NCBI RefSeq assembly: GCF_009914755.1
Contig: NC_060948.1
Origin: the human T2T-CHM13v2.0 reference genome, Homo sapiens
Strand: one strand, 5' to 3'
Length of the DNA: 64,000 bases
This document shows, piece after piece, positions 1-13,715 of this stretch (the stretch's first letter is position 1; each line of letters starts with the position of its first letter). The notes under the pieces are model-generated. The model did no database searches. It had not been told where the DNA came from and saw only the letters and a program-made list of their open reading frames with translations. Made by a program: the position numbers and the translations under genes.

Positions 1-859
1 GTTGTGCTTATCTGTGAGTGCAGCAGGATAATTTAGGAATCAGAGAGACAGAGAGGTTGAGGAGAATACTTATTATTTAGGTGCATCCACCCAGTCAGAT
101 TAACATCCAAAAGGACAGAGCCCCAAACAAAGAGTTCAGTTGCCTTTTAAGCATTTTGTGGGGTGGGGGTAGATCTGTGCAGGGGGGAAGCATATTACAG
201 AAGTGAGAAACAAAGGCAGTTATTCAGTTGAGACATGCATGACATCGTTTCTTACGTTTCAAGGAAAAACATGTTTTATGCCTTGAGTTTATCTGCCTTG
301 TGACCTTGCAGCTGCACAGCTAGAAAAACAGGTTCTTCACAATGCCTGGGAAAGGGAGAGATAAGGCTCACTAGCCACCAGAAAAACAGGCAGTTAAATT
401 TTGAAGGACTTCAGCTCTTTCTCTTCCTCAGGGAGAATTGGGTTATCTTACCTACAACTGAGTTTTTGCCTACACATTCTTTAATTTCTTTTAATTCCTG
501 TTTCAGGGGGTAGGGTTGTGTGTCTGTTTCCAGATATATTCCTGAAGCTGCAGACATACCCCCCGCGACTGCTTTTAGCTTCCCTATGTTAGTGCATCTG
601 AAGGGAAAGCAATGTGCTTATTAAGGCCCACTGTTTTACTGACGTCTTCTTTATGAAGGTGAAGTTTGGCAATTACCCAAGAGACTTCCTCTCCATCTCC
701 CTCTGTACCCCAGCTGTCTTTTCTGTGTTTTAGTGTCTGCTCTTTCTGGCTGCTAGTTGTCAGAAGACAAGTGATTTCTTTGAAATGCATGAGGTTAGAA
801 AGGAAGCTGATCTTCAGTTGGCAGTGTTTGTCCAAGATGATGGTGCCCTTGTTCTGTCA
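1..859 (-). mobile_element. ERV1 LTR (LTR19-family, probably LTR19C), 3' LTR of the provirus below; interrupted by a nested LTR and runs off the window start
   Basis: Minus strand begins TGACAGAACAAGGGCACCATCATCTTGGACAAACAC at 859. Bases 1-18 plus 506-572 match the second LTR copy at about 5588-5669 (gttgtgcttatctg...gttgtgtgtctgtt...gctgcag.catacccc). Confidence 0.75.
19..505 (-). mobile_element. Solo ERV1 LTR (LTR15-like, tentative) nested in the LTR19 3' LTR
   Basis: TG...CA termini on the minus strand (TGAAACAGGAATTAAAAGAAATTAAAG ... CCTGCTGCA). The host LTR resumes on both sides. Degenerate 4-bp TSD (TGAG/GGGG, versus GGAG in the other LTR copy). Family name from memory. Confidence 0.65.
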
Positions 860-874
860 TTCCAGACCCTTTAG

Positions 875-1160
875 TTACAAAAGAACAAGAGGCAACATGT
901 TCCTTCTGGCTACTTCCTGCTGATGCGGGGTTGGGTGCGGAAAGTTTTTTTGATCTTGGATGGACTGCAGGAGCAATACTGTCCATAGATATTTTTGGGT
1001 AGCTGTCTGTGAAATGGCCATGATTCTGTCGGTTAAAAGGTTTTGGAAAAGGTTACTGAGGCAGGGTAAGAACATTAGTCCTAGGTTTTTCAGCAGTGTT
1101 TCATATTAGGCCTGATTGGTTGAGACAAAAGCAACATTTCTTTCCCAATGACACGCAGAG
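875..1160 (-). pseudogene. env: Gammaretrovirus-like env transmembrane-subunit remnant
   Basis: Minus strand 1160-1110 translates LCVSLGKKCCFCLNQSG (CX6CC motif), followed by a stop. ORF 875-1075 (FLPCLSNLFQNLLTDRI) resembles the env cytoplasmic tail. Confidence 0.75.
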
Positions 1161-1320
1161 GAACATGTTTGGAAAGACCCATGTGTTATTGTTTTATTAG
1201 TAACTGTTAGATTTGCTATGATGATAATAATTAAACAAAATGCTACAGTAATTGAGATTCTTTGTTTGATATTTCACCCTTAGGGTACTACAGTATATAT
1301 TCCTACTGCACATAGTACAA

Positions 1321-1385
1321 CATGCACTCCAGCCTGGGTGACAGAGCGAGGCTCCTTCTCAAAAAAAAAAAAAAAAAAAAAAAAA
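1321..1385 (+). mobile_element. Extreme 3' fragment of an Alu with a long A tail
   Basis: tgcactccagcctgggtgacagagcgag followed by about 25 A. Confidence 0.85.
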
Positions 1386-3117
1386 GTTAATATCTGGCTT
1401 AAAGGATAGGTAGGATTGATAAAAAGTACCTGGTAAAGTAGCGTTGGGACTAAGATGAGTAATTTTCACTTAATTACTTATATTTTATTATTTTCAGCTT
1501 AAAATTTCTTTTTTTTACGTTGATATTTAGGATGTTTTTAATGGGCTGCTAGGAGCTGCTTTCTCAGCTCTTTCAGCTTTGACTTGAGTGTGTAGTATCT
1601 AGGAGTTGATTTCTGTAATGAATATAATTTAAACTGTAGAAAATAATAAAAATTGAAAAACATTAGGCAGACTAGAATTTAGCAACAGGTGCGCTATAGT
1701 TTTTGAAACATAATTTTCTCTCTTCAATTTCCCATTTTTATTAAAAGAAAAATCATGGTAGGACAGCTTTCCTTTATTATACTTGGCTTAATTAGTTTTA
1801 TACAGTGCAGCAAAAATAAGTATTTGCTACACATGACTTTTAAGTCAGCTTTGATGGAATTTTGTGTTATAGAAGGAATTTGAGATGAGACTTTTTAAGG
1901 CCCAGCCCAGCCATGGATTTCTATCATTAAATACCTATGAGTTGGGTGAATTCCTCTCCTCTTGAGGTTTTAAGATAACATGCATTTCCTGGCCTGTCAG
2001 AAAGTGACATTCTATACTTACCACAGATCAGAAACCTTATACAAGGACTGTGTACACAAAATATGAGACCAGTTTTCCAAGGGCTTTATTGGCTTCATAA
2101 GTTAAGTTTTATTCACTAAAGGAGAGCATACCATTCCTGTCAAAGCCTTGGTAAAATAACCATCTTTTCCAACTGTGTTTTCTTACAAAAGAAAATACAT
2201 TCTTATTGCACTGATGCAAACAACTATATTGCTGTAGTTTAAGAATACTTATAACTAGTTTTCAAATTATAGAGGAACTAGGGAGAGAGAAGCAAACCAA
2301 TTTTAATTTCCATTTACAGAAATATGCTTTACTTAGCTGTTAAAGGCTGTAGCTAGCTTAAGGCAAGTTTTCTTAACTCTGAAACATAAGACACAGATTA
2401 GCAGTGTTCTAAGCAAAAGGATAAAAACTTGTTTGTGTTTTTTGTTAATTTAATCCATTTTGTTTTGGTTGATATTTATAACCATTTTAGCTTTTCATGT
2501 CTTCTGTAGTTCTGTTGTTGTTTGTTGTTGTTGTTGTGAAAACCCTCCTTTGAGAGCAACTGTTAAAGTTTTACAGCTTGGTAATAAACCATCTTTTGAA
2601 GAGAATTTAAACAAAGTAACCATTGTCTGTAAATACCAAAATGTCCAGTTTGGATACAGTCAGAAACATAGTTGACAAAGAAATTTGGTCATTGTGGTTC
2701 ACAATAACCCAGCATAACAACTTTAATTGTGATTAATAGCACATATTTAGACACTAGAACCTTAGACATGGCATACAGCTTTGGAACATGTTATAATATT
2801 ATTCCCTAAAATATAACCTATCAGACACTATTTTGGCAATTTTATGTACCTAAACATGTTAAATAATCATGCTTACCATATTTTCCAGACGTTCTACCCT
2901 TTCGAGATTAGTTAATATGTTTACACACAGAGTTTTCTTTATAGGATTATAATTTACAATGTTTTCACAATTTTCTTAAACAGTCCACTTTATTTTATTT
3001 AACTTTAAGACAACTTTTTTATTCTTAAGCAAAATACATAGTTATGCCTTATAATTTTTAACTAAAACCACTTTTTACCATTTTTATACACTTTTATGCA
3101 AATCCATGTTTAGCAGT

Positions 3118-3270
3118 AGTGGGCGCCTGTATTCCCAGCTACTCCAGAGGCTGAGGCAGGAGAATGGCATGAACCAAGGGAGCGGAGCTTGCAGTGAGCT
3201 GAGATCGAGCCACTGCACTCCAGCCTAGGCGACAGAGCCAGACTCCGTCTTAAAAAAAAAACAACAAAAA
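3118..3270 (+). mobile_element. Alu right-arm fragment (AluY-like)
   Basis: gggcgcctgt...gagaatggcatgaacc...gagcttgcagtgagctgagatcg...gactccgtct plus A tail. Confidence 0.9.
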
Positions 3271-5031
3271 ACTTATTTTGATAAACATGGCTTATGATAC
3301 TTGATAATAAAATTAATAAAGATGTTGTTTTTATAAACATCAAATGTGAATAGCTGTTGTCATGGTTTAAAATGTCAAAGAACAGCCTTTGAAAATTAAG
3401 ATACTGATAACAGACATGTCCTGTGTTTGCTATTCAATTTAAGACCAAGAACAATGCCTAGATGGATCCCTTAAGTAACGAAATTTTGAACTGTGCAATA
3501 CAGCTTAGTGTATTTTGGAATACAATGGTAGGAGAAAATACTTAAGAATTTAAACTTACACCATAAACAGTACTGGTACATCTCAGCACAGCCAACTGGG
3601 ACATCTAGCAAAAGCACACGCACATAATGAGACCTCACAATTTTGCTTCAACAGAAGAATAAAGTAAAATGGCAGTATACACAGTGTTACTTTGCTTAGC
3701 ATTTTCCTTAAAAATATTTGATTTAAGCGCTTTCTTTTCTTAGGACAATTAATTCATTAGAGTTCTTTTTAATAGACATAACTTACGTAAGACATATATA
3801 GCCTCACAGGCAACCAGAAGAAGATTCAATAGTCATACAATTTCCATTTGCTAATTTCCAGATTAGATTATTGGCCTCTGGGTGAGGCCCTTTAAGAGCA
3901 GGGCTAGGTAAACAAATTTTAGGGCCTAATAAACAAGCATAGCTGGAAGACAAATAAAGATTTTTGAGAGGTACTTCTTCACCTTTAATTCCAGGGGTTC
4001 CATAAGGAAAAGAGTTATTTTTTTCAAGATGGATTTCTGGCAAGTTTTCTATCTTTCTAGGGAGTTCTAGGCCACCAGACTGGGGTCTTTTATGCATGCA
4101 GCAAGAGTTGCAAGACAGAGTGAAGAGAAGTAATTTTGACTGAGATAAAACTTTTTTCAGGAAAACAAGATTTATGAAGAGAAAAACATAAAACCCTTTT
4201 GAATATACTTATAGCTTTGATATCCATTTTAATTAAGCTGAGCACTGTTTTTTATTAAAGGTAAGGGTGGAGATTAGAATTATGTAAATGTTCTGCCAAG
4301 TTAAGAGACTGGGTTATGTGCAGGAATTTCCTGCAATAATGAGAGTGATTTTTCGAGAAAAGTTCCAGAAGCTGTTCAATTTGCCACAAATTAGACATGG
4401 AGAAGGGGGCATGAATGCAAGGACTGCCTTTAACCCTAGCCACTTTCCAGAAAGGGAGAATGGCAGAGAAGGTTTAACCAGTTAGAGTAGTTTTTGAACA
4501 GGTAGAGGAGGAGGAGGGGTGGGATTGATGATAGAAGAAAGCCTGAATATGGGGACATCTCTTGTCATTTGCCATTTCTGGTAGTAAAGTTGTTAAGGCC
4601 ATGTTGCAGGAGAAAATTAAATGCTTTGGCATTAAGGTCTGCCATAAGCCAAGTTTGCCTTGGTTGCTAATACTGCAGTCCAGTGGGAAGGATGTAGGGA
4701 CGTGAAATTGTTTGGCACCCATGTGGACTGCTAAGAGGAAGCTGGTGGTGTCTGTTTTGTTCTAGGCATCCCCAGACAAAAGACAGAGACCCAGAATCCT
4801 CTTTCCAAAAGAGGACCGTTAACCTGAGAAGGAGCTGTGTACCAATATTTCCTCTAGCCCAGCCCCATTAGTCCGATTGGACCTCCCAGGACCTGGACAG
4901 CAGGCCAGACTTTCTCCGGTACAGAGAGAAAGCCAGGAGAAGGCAGATCTCACTGGTCATCTGAAATAGTATCTGATGTTGGATGTTCTGGCTGGAATTG
5001 GCAAAGGGCCTCCCATACTGTAGCCATTTGA

Positions 5032-5034
<3 letters not shown>

Positions 5035-5077
<43 letters not shown>
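5035..5077 (+). repeat. (GA)n microsatellite
   Basis: About 21 perfect AG units. Confidence 0.97.
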
Positions 5078-5081
<4 letters not shown>

Positions 5082-5371
5082 GGAGAAAGAGGGGGCAAGG
5101 GAGGGTTAGCGAGCAAAATACCCAATGCAGGTGGTCAGAGGTGGATTCCCGAGACCTGAGTGTTTTAGAGCCCATGGGGAGTAGCCTCAGCCTGAGCCTC
5201 ACAGCCCCTTCAAGTTAGTTGTCCTGCTCACACAAATTACTTGAAAAGTGAAGTGAGAGATAAGATTGGGCGTGTGGCCAGAGGCTTTTAGGATACAGGA
5301 GTTAACTCAGGATGAGCTGCCATTGCCCACTGCTTCCTGGGTTGCAAGACAGCCTCTTCTCCCAACACCAG

Positions 5372-5389
5372 TCACAGGTTTTGGCACCA
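5372..5389 (-). promoter_or_regulatory. Retroviral primer-binding site, tRNA-Phe type
   Basis: Minus strand reads TGGTGCCAAAACCTGTGA, 2 nt after the LTR end (…CTTACA). It matches the Phe PBS TGGTGCCGAAACCCGGGA at 15/18, with two of the mismatches at CpG. Confidence 0.8.
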
Positions 5390-5391
5390 AA

Positions 5392-5669
5392 TGTAAGAAA
5401 TGAAGGAAGAGGAAAGAAAAACAAAAGGTGGCTTGGCAGTCAAGGACAGGCTGATTTTAAAGAAAACAAACCTGAGAGTGTTTTCTGGCCGAGTTAGTTC
5501 AAGAGACAGTCTCTTACACACTAAGAGTTTCTCAGGATTCAGGGTGGAAGAGTATACCAGAGACTTGGACTGTTTCTGTGTCTCTTTGTTGTGCTTATCT
5601 GGGAGAGAGAGTTGTGTGTCTGTTCCCATATATCTTCCTGCAGCTGCAGGCATACCCCCTGAGACTGCT
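5392..5669 (-). mobile_element. 5' LTR (3' part only) of the LTR19-family provirus
   Basis: Ends …TTTCTTTCCTCTTCCTTCATTTCTTACA before the PBS. Homologous to the LTR at 1-859. Truncated at about 5669. Confidence 0.75.
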
Positions 5670-6053
5670 CTCCTGTATCATCTCTCTCAAGTTCAAAGTT
5701 TCACACATCTGCCGGGCAGGGGCAAAATGATACCATTCTCTTTGCTCAAGCATAGCAAGAGTCACCTTTGGTGCAGTTCCCAACAAGTTTCTCCTCTCCA
5801 TCTGAGACCACCTGAGCCTGGACCTATTGTTCATATCACTATCAGTATTTTTGTTGAAGCCATTCAACAAGTCTCTAGGAAGTTCCAAACTTTCCCAAAT
5901 TTTCTCTCTTTTTCTGAGCCCTCCAAACTGTTCCAATATCTGCCTGTTACCCAGTTTCAAAGTCTCTTCCACATTTTCAGGTATCTTTTCAGCAGCTCCC
6001 CACTCCTTGTAACAATTTACTGTATTAGACTCTTTTCATGCTGCTGATAAAGA
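5670..6053 (-). mobile_element. THE1 (MaLR) internal 5' region plus about 30 bp of the THE1 LTR end
   Basis: ORF 5595-5972 contains IWESLELPRDLLNGFNKNTDSDMNN, typical of the MaLR internal ORF. tgtattag…catgctgctgataaaga at about 6021-6053 is the THE1 LTR terminus. Confidence 0.85.
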
Positions 6054-6769
6054 CCAATGCTCATTGAAAAGTTTAATTAATACATGAGTATATAATAAAA
6101 AATAAAAGTTATTCACCTATCATCTTTATTTGCTCTCCTAGAGGGCGTAACTGAGAAGTCCTTATGTAAGCTTCCATGAGTTTTCTTTGATATACATTGA
6201 CACATTTATACCAATATGCATGAATACATAAATGTATATTTCTAAGCAAAAACTATATCATAGAATACATATTTTTGTTAAACCAAAGTTTTAAAGTTAA
6301 TAATTTTATAAATATGCATGTTCTTAAATTATTTTAAAATTAAATTATTAGAATAAGTAATATAGATAATAAATTGTATAATAATTATTGAAATATTCCC
6401 TTTTCTTTCACTGCTGAATGGAGAATTAAAGCAAAAACCAAAACCTAGGCATGGTTCAGATGAAACTGTGTTAAATTTTAATTTGAGATTTATTTTAAAT
6501 TCTAGTATTTATCTGTTTGTCATCCAAGTTGACAAATATGAGATGGGGATGGCAAGATACTGATTCAGCTGGTTTCTGATAACCTGTCATGATAACTTTA
6601 TTTGATTCTGTAGTAAAGGTTGCCCACACAATAGTGTTATGGATAGTAGCAACAGTGGAATCAATGAGTTGTGTTTTATTAAAATATCATTGTAGTTTTA
6701 AATGAGACAGATGTTAATTTTTCTCTTCTATGCAATTCTAAGCTGATGTGGTAACTCAAACCCTCAAAG

Positions 6770-7040
6770 TTTTCAGAAACCTACATTCCCTCTATTTTGT
6801 TGTTCTGTTATCCTCAACAGGCATCTTATGGTGCAAGAAGGCTGTTCCAACTCCTGCAGTCATGACCGCATTCTGGTTAGCCAGATGATTTATAAGGACA
6901 ATGGAATGACCGTTTCCTCCTTTGAAAGGGACAGCCCAGAAGTGGCACAAACATTTTCTGATATATTGCACCAGACAAAAATTTACCACATGGTTATATC
7001 TGACTTCAGGCAAAGCTGGTATATAATGTAGCCAAAAATT
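6770..7040 (-). mobile_element. Old MLT1-type (MaLR) LTR fragment
   Basis: Degenerate match to reverse MLT1J/I-like motifs (caagaaggctgttccaactcc…cccagaagtggcacaaac…cacatggttatatct…gctgg…atgtag). Confidence 0.5.
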
Positions 7041-8229
7041 TTGAATAATTCTTATGAAGTGTATGATTTTATGAAAAAAAATAGTGTCTAAAAGATTTGA
7101 GGATTAAAAAGGAGTTGCGGAACCTGAGGCTCAATAGTAATTAAATGATTTACCCCCCATGCCAGTTCCACCATGCTCAGGCTTTGGTATTTCAGGTTTT
7201 TTGGAGTTTTCCAGTCTTTACACTTTTAAGGAAAAGACTAGCATATCTACCTGACTTGTTTTACTGCAGTGAGAAGCTATGTAAAATTACATCAGATATT
7301 CATGGAAACTAAATCAGGATATTTTTCTAAGATGGGTGATGTCAAAATCAAATACTTTGGTTCTGTCTACTGGAGGTTGTCCTTGTCACACTATTTTCTG
7401 ATCTTATGATTGACAAGTTACATTGCTTAATGTCCACCGCACTCATCTTTAACTTGAATTGTTATTTCTCTCAGTCCACTGGTTTGCTAAGTCAGCATTG
7501 AAACCCAAGGATAGTTTGGTATGTGCTTGATGTGGTTGAGTGAGTTTTGGGAACTATAAAGACATGGAAGTGGAACTGTCATTTCTCAGGATTATTACAT
7601 TCTCAGGTGGGCAATATGCCCTGACATTAAAACCCAGACACATTTTCATCATGGCTAATAATGGTGTACCTAGCTGGTGGGTAATTGCAGGCTTTCAACC
7701 TCCAGTTCATCTTCATGAGATCAATGTTGATTCAGAACAATAAGTGTCAGGTCTATGACACCTTTAAAGTTATGCTTAAATGTGAGTCTGTGACCACTAA
7801 TGAATGACTACAGTTGTTTCATGACTTGCTAAACATACCTGGTTTTTCACAAGCAATAGATTTTTGAAGGAGAGGTATTCACAGTGGGTGCTAGGAAGAT
7901 ACACACATTAATTCTGTAGAATTTAGCTAAAATGTGTTCAGCCTAAGGGATGACATTAACAGAGACTTGTGATCCTGCTTTGCATCTCATGAGTGCTGAG
8001 CAGTTGGTAGAGATGGATGGTATTTTCCATATATCAGCATCTGCTGTATGCTCAGGCTTTGCTCCTGTTAAGGGAACTAGGGCTCTCTAGCCTTTTCAGA
8101 GATTCTGTGAGATTATGTACTTTATTATTATTATTTTGTCTAATCTAATCAGACTAGATTCTTGTATTTCGAACTAAGAACTCAGAATATATCCATGACC
8201 TTTGGTTAAAAAGCTTAAAGGGAAAGTAA

Positions 8230-9019
<790 letters not shown>

Positions 9020-10467
9020 TCATAGATGAGGTAGTGAACATGTTTAGGAATATATTCACATTTTCAAGAAGACAGCTAGTTTCCCTATTGAAATCCCTGG
9101 CATACAGGAGCAAACAGCATGAAATAAAGAAAAGTTCTATGTTTTTAGAAATAGGTATCCAACTAATACACATAAAAATTGTCTTTATGGAGTAAAATGC
9201 ATATTTAATCAATCTAATCAAACACAACCTCAGCTAAATTCTTCTCTAAGATATAGACACACCTGCTAAGCAAAAGGGATAAGATATCTTGTCTCTAGGA
9301 AACAACAGAAGTTAATTAGCTTCAAAAATACTTTATATTTGCAATTAAAAATAATTTTAAATCCACAGTAGCTATGGTTCTCATTAGAACATAGAATATT
9401 GTGATGCCTTGGACTATTTTATTAAAAATGGCAATATTTGGTCCTTATCTCAAACTTTGTGTTCAGGTATATAGCTGATTAATAATGTAGTTTATTAAGA
9501 AATATTTTTTGCATATTACTGTGAAATCACAGTGTATGAAATGGACTAATAAAGCCTATAATGACCAGGAAAATATTACTTACTGCAAAGATAATATAAA
9601 GTTCAGTTCTTTTATCTATAGTTTTATTGTTAAGTTACATATATAGATAAATGATAGACAGACATCAACACACACATGACTGTTTACAAATTACGGAGGT
9701 TACAAATCTAAAACACGTGATTTTTATCTCAAAATAATAAAGATTAAAATGTTAGCAATGTTCATCCATTGGTCAAAACTTTGCATTCTTGTCTTGGATT
9801 CTTGCTTATATTCATCAATTTTAATCTGGATCTAAACATTTAAATAAATGAAAATAACATATTAAATAAATTTGTTTATGCACTGCACTTCATTTCTAAC
9901 GATTTCTCATGAGATAGTGGAATGCATGATGACATATAATTTATGATATTGTTCTAGTGTTTCCATGCCCAAATTAAAGTCAATAAAATTTTATAATAGA
10001 AATACCCAAAATGAAGAATGATGATGAATTGAGCACTGATATTAAAAAGATTAAAAATGGTGCAACTTTTTATAAGCAAATTAGATCTATGTTTTAAGAA
10101 CTTTATATGAAGTCTTACATGTATCTGCATTATACTCAGAGGTATAAATAAATCGTTAACTTCTTTATTATGTCTTCAAGTTACCTGATGTTCCTCCTGA
10201 GCATCTCGAACCTCAAGATAGGGAAAAATTGTATTCAATAAATCAAGTAAATACATAACAATGACTGTGTATTAACAAAAAATTAAAAATAAAAAAGAAA
10301 TCAAGTTGTCTTAGTTCAATGCAATAACAAAAATAGTCACTTAAGCACAACACTCAAATGCTGAGTTTTCTCATTTCACTTCTTTCTTTTCTTATCCAAG
10401 ATGGTATCTCATGTATGAGATGAACTTTACTAATAATACAGGCAAATGGGGAGATGTTGGTTGAGAG

Positions 10468-10700
10468 TGTATTGAATCTATAGGTAAATTTAGGAAAATT
10501 TTAAATCTTAAAAATATTGCTTTTAATCTGTGAACATGTTATATTTCTCCTATTATTAAATAATTTTTAATTTATCTCAATAATGTAGTTTTGGTAAAAC
10601 ATCTTGTAATTACATTTAAATCTATATATTACACAATTTGCATAAGAATATAAATTCCATATTTTTAGAAATTTATTTTTGAAATTTTCTTTACTGTTAT
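10468..10700 (-). mobile_element. Old L1M ORF2 fragment
   Basis: gtattgaatctataggtaaatttagg…ctgtgaacatg resembles antisense L1 ORF2. Confidence 0.5.
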
Positions 10701-11167
10701 AGAGAAATGAAATGGGGGATGACCTCCACTTTTCCCATTTTACTGTAAGTCTTTGAGTAAAGGAGTGACTCCTCAACCTTATTGTATCCACAACACTAAA
10801 CAGGATATGTAAGCCAAATAAAATTTTGTTGAATAAAAGACATAACACTTTATGGGTCCACATATACATATGCATCCAGAAAACTCACTTCTGCATTTTG
10901 TGTCTGCTCCTTCTTGTGACTTTAAACAGTAAGTCCTCAGCAACAGCGTCTTCTCATCCTAAAATGGATATGATATGTCCCAAATGCATAATGCTAAATT
11001 ATTTGATCATAAATTGGGAGTCTCCACTCTCAATCCTAAAGACAAGCATTATCTCCAATACCAAACACTTGAAAAAAGTGTAATGAGATTACATTTAGAT
11101 ATTGTTCAGAAGCCAAAACCACAAATAAGGCAACAATTCTCAAAGTTTAATTTTCTCAAAAAGGTTC

Positions 11168-13683
11168 TTTTTAAAAAATTATTATTATACTTTAAGTTCT
11201 GGGGCACATGTGCAAAACATGCAGGTTTGTTACATAGGTATACACCTGTCATGATGGCTTGCTGCACCCATCATCCCATCATCTACATTAGGCATTTTTC
11301 CTAATGCTATCCCTCCCCTATACCCTGCCACCAACAGGCCCCAGTATGTAATGTTCCCCTCCCTGTATCCGTATGTTCTCATTGTTCAACTCCCACTTAT
11401 GAGTGAGAACATGTGGTGTTTGGTTTTCTGTTCTTGTGTTATTTTGCTGAGAATGTTGGTTTCCAGCTTCATCCATGTCCCTGCAAAGGACATAAACTCA
11501 TCATTTTTATGACTGCACAGTATTCCATGGTGTATATATGCCATATTTTCTTCATCCAGTCTAAAATTGATGGGCATTTTTGTTGGTTGCAAGTCTTTGC
11601 TATTGTGAACAGTGCCATAATAAAATACATGTGCATGTGTCTTTATAATAGAATGATTTATAATCCTTTGGGTATCTACCCAGTAATGGGATTGCTGGGT
11701 CAAATGGTATTTCCACTTCTACATCATTGAGGAATTGACACACTGTCTTCCACAATGGTTGAACTAATTTACACTCCTATCAACAGTGAAAAAGCATTCC
11801 TATTTCTCCACATCCTTTCCAGCATCTGTTGTTTCCTGACTTTTTAGTGATCACCATTCTAACTGGCATGAGATGGTATCTCATTGTGGTTTTGATTTGC
11901 ATTACTCTAATGATCAGTGATGATTAGCTTTTCTTCCCATGATTGTTGGCTGCATAAGTGTCTTCTTTTGACTAGCGTCTGTTCATATCCTTCCCTCACT
12001 TTTTGATGAGTTTTTTTTTTTTCTCACAAATTTGTTTAAGTTTTTTGTAGATCCTGGGTATTAGTTCTTTGTCAGATGGATATATTGCAAAAATGTTCTC
12101 CCATTCTGCAGGTTGCCTGTTCAATCTGATGATAGTTGCTTTTGCTGTGCAGAAGATCTTTTATTTAATTAGATCTCATTTGTCAAATTTGTCTTTTGTT
12201 GCCATTGCTTTTGGTGATCTAGTAATAAAGTTTTTGCCCATGCCTGTGTCCTGAATGGTATTGCCTTGATTTTCTTCGGGGGTTTTTATGGTTTTAGGTC
12301 TTACGTTTAAGTCTAATCCATCTTGAGTTAATTTTTGTATAAGGTGTAAGGAAGGGGTTGTTACAATTTTCTGCATATGGCTAGCCAGTTTTCCCACATT
12401 TATTAAATAGGGAATCCTCTCCACATTGATTTGTTTCATCAGGTTTGTCGAAGATCAGATATTTGTAGATATTAGATATTTGTGGTGTTATTTCCGAGGT
12501 CTCTGATCTGTTGCATTGGTATATATGTATATGTTTGGTACGAGTACCATGCTGTTTTGGTTACTGCAGCCTTGTAGTATAGTTTAAATTGAGTTACCAT
12601 GATGCCTCCAGCTTTGTTCTTTTTGCTTAGGATTGTCATGGCTATGTGGGCTCTTTTTTGGTTCCATGGGAAATTTAAAGTAGTTTTTCTAATTCTGTGA
12701 AGAAAGCCAACAGTAGCTTGATGGGGATAGCTTTGAATCTATAAATTACTATGGCAGTATGGACATTTTGACAATATTGATTCTTCCTATCCATGAGCAT
12801 GGAATGTTTTTCCATGTGTGTGTGTTCTCTCTTATTTCTTGGAGTGGTGGTTTGTAGTCCTTCTTGAAGAGGTCCTTCACATCCCTTGTAAGTTGTATTT
12901 GTAGGGATTTTCTTCTCTTGGTGGCAATTGTGAATGGGAGTTCACTCACCATTTGGCCCTCTATTATTTGGGTATAGGAATGTTTGTGATTTTTGCACAT
13001 TGATTTTGTACTCTGAGAGTTTGTTGACGTTGCTTCTCAGCTTAAGGAGATTGTGGGCTTAGACGATGGGGTTTTCTAAATACGCAATCATGTTATCTGC
13101 AAACAGAGATAATTTGACTTCCTCTCTTACTGTTAGAATGCGCTTTATTTCTTTCCTCTGATTGCCCTCACCAGAACTTCCAATACTATGTTGAATAAGA
13201 GTGGTGAGAGGGGGCTTCCTTTTCTTTTGCAGGTTGTAAAATGGAATGCTTCCAGTATTTGCCTATTCAGTATGATATTGGCTGTGGGTTTGTGATAAAT
13301 AGCTCTTACTATTTGGAGATACTTTCCATCAAGACCTAGTTTACTGAGAATTTTTAGCATGAAGACGTGTTGAGTCTATTGACATATTTATGTGGTTTTT
13401 GTCATTGCTTCTGTTGATTTGATGAATTATGTTTATTCATTTGCCTATATTGAACCAGCCTTGCATCCCAGGGATGAAGCTGACTTGATTGTGGTGGATA
13501 AGCTTTTTGATGTGCTGCTGGATTCGTTTTGTCAGTATTTTATTGAGAATTTTTGCATCGATATTCATCTGGGATATTGGCCTGAACTTTTCTTTTTTCT
13601 TGTGTCTCTGCCAGGTTTTGGTATCAGGGTGGTGCTGACCTCATGAAGTAAATTAGGGAGGAGTCCCTCTTTTTCTATTGTTT

Positions 13684-13686
<3 letters not shown>
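11168..13686 (-). mobile_element. 5'-truncated L1PA (L1PA7/8-like), 3' UTR plus the ORF2 C-terminal part, disrupted
   Basis: ttattatactttaagttctgggg…cacatgtgca 3' UTR. ORF fragments [32 protein letters not shown] and [14 protein letters not shown]. Confidence 0.95.

Positions 13687-13715
<29 letters not shown>

Larger units (their letters stand above)
860..5391 (-). mobile_element. Degraded internal region of a HERV-F-type (HERVFH19/LTR19-int-like) class I provirus
   Basis: Lies between two related LTRs and has a Phe-type PBS. Gag MA remnant in ORF 4474-4722 (MGAKQFHVPTSFPLDC...KLGL...PKHLIFSCN...PHIQAFF) and an env TM remnant near 875-1160. No recognisable pol. Confidence 0.75.

Noticed and set aside
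5400-6047. 215-aa ORF
   Set aside because: Antisense read-through of an LTR19 and THE1-int junction, with no coding features.
6792-7743. Short ORFs suggesting a processed pseudogene
   Set aside because: The first part is better explained as an MLT1 fragment. No convincing protein homology, poly-A or TSD.
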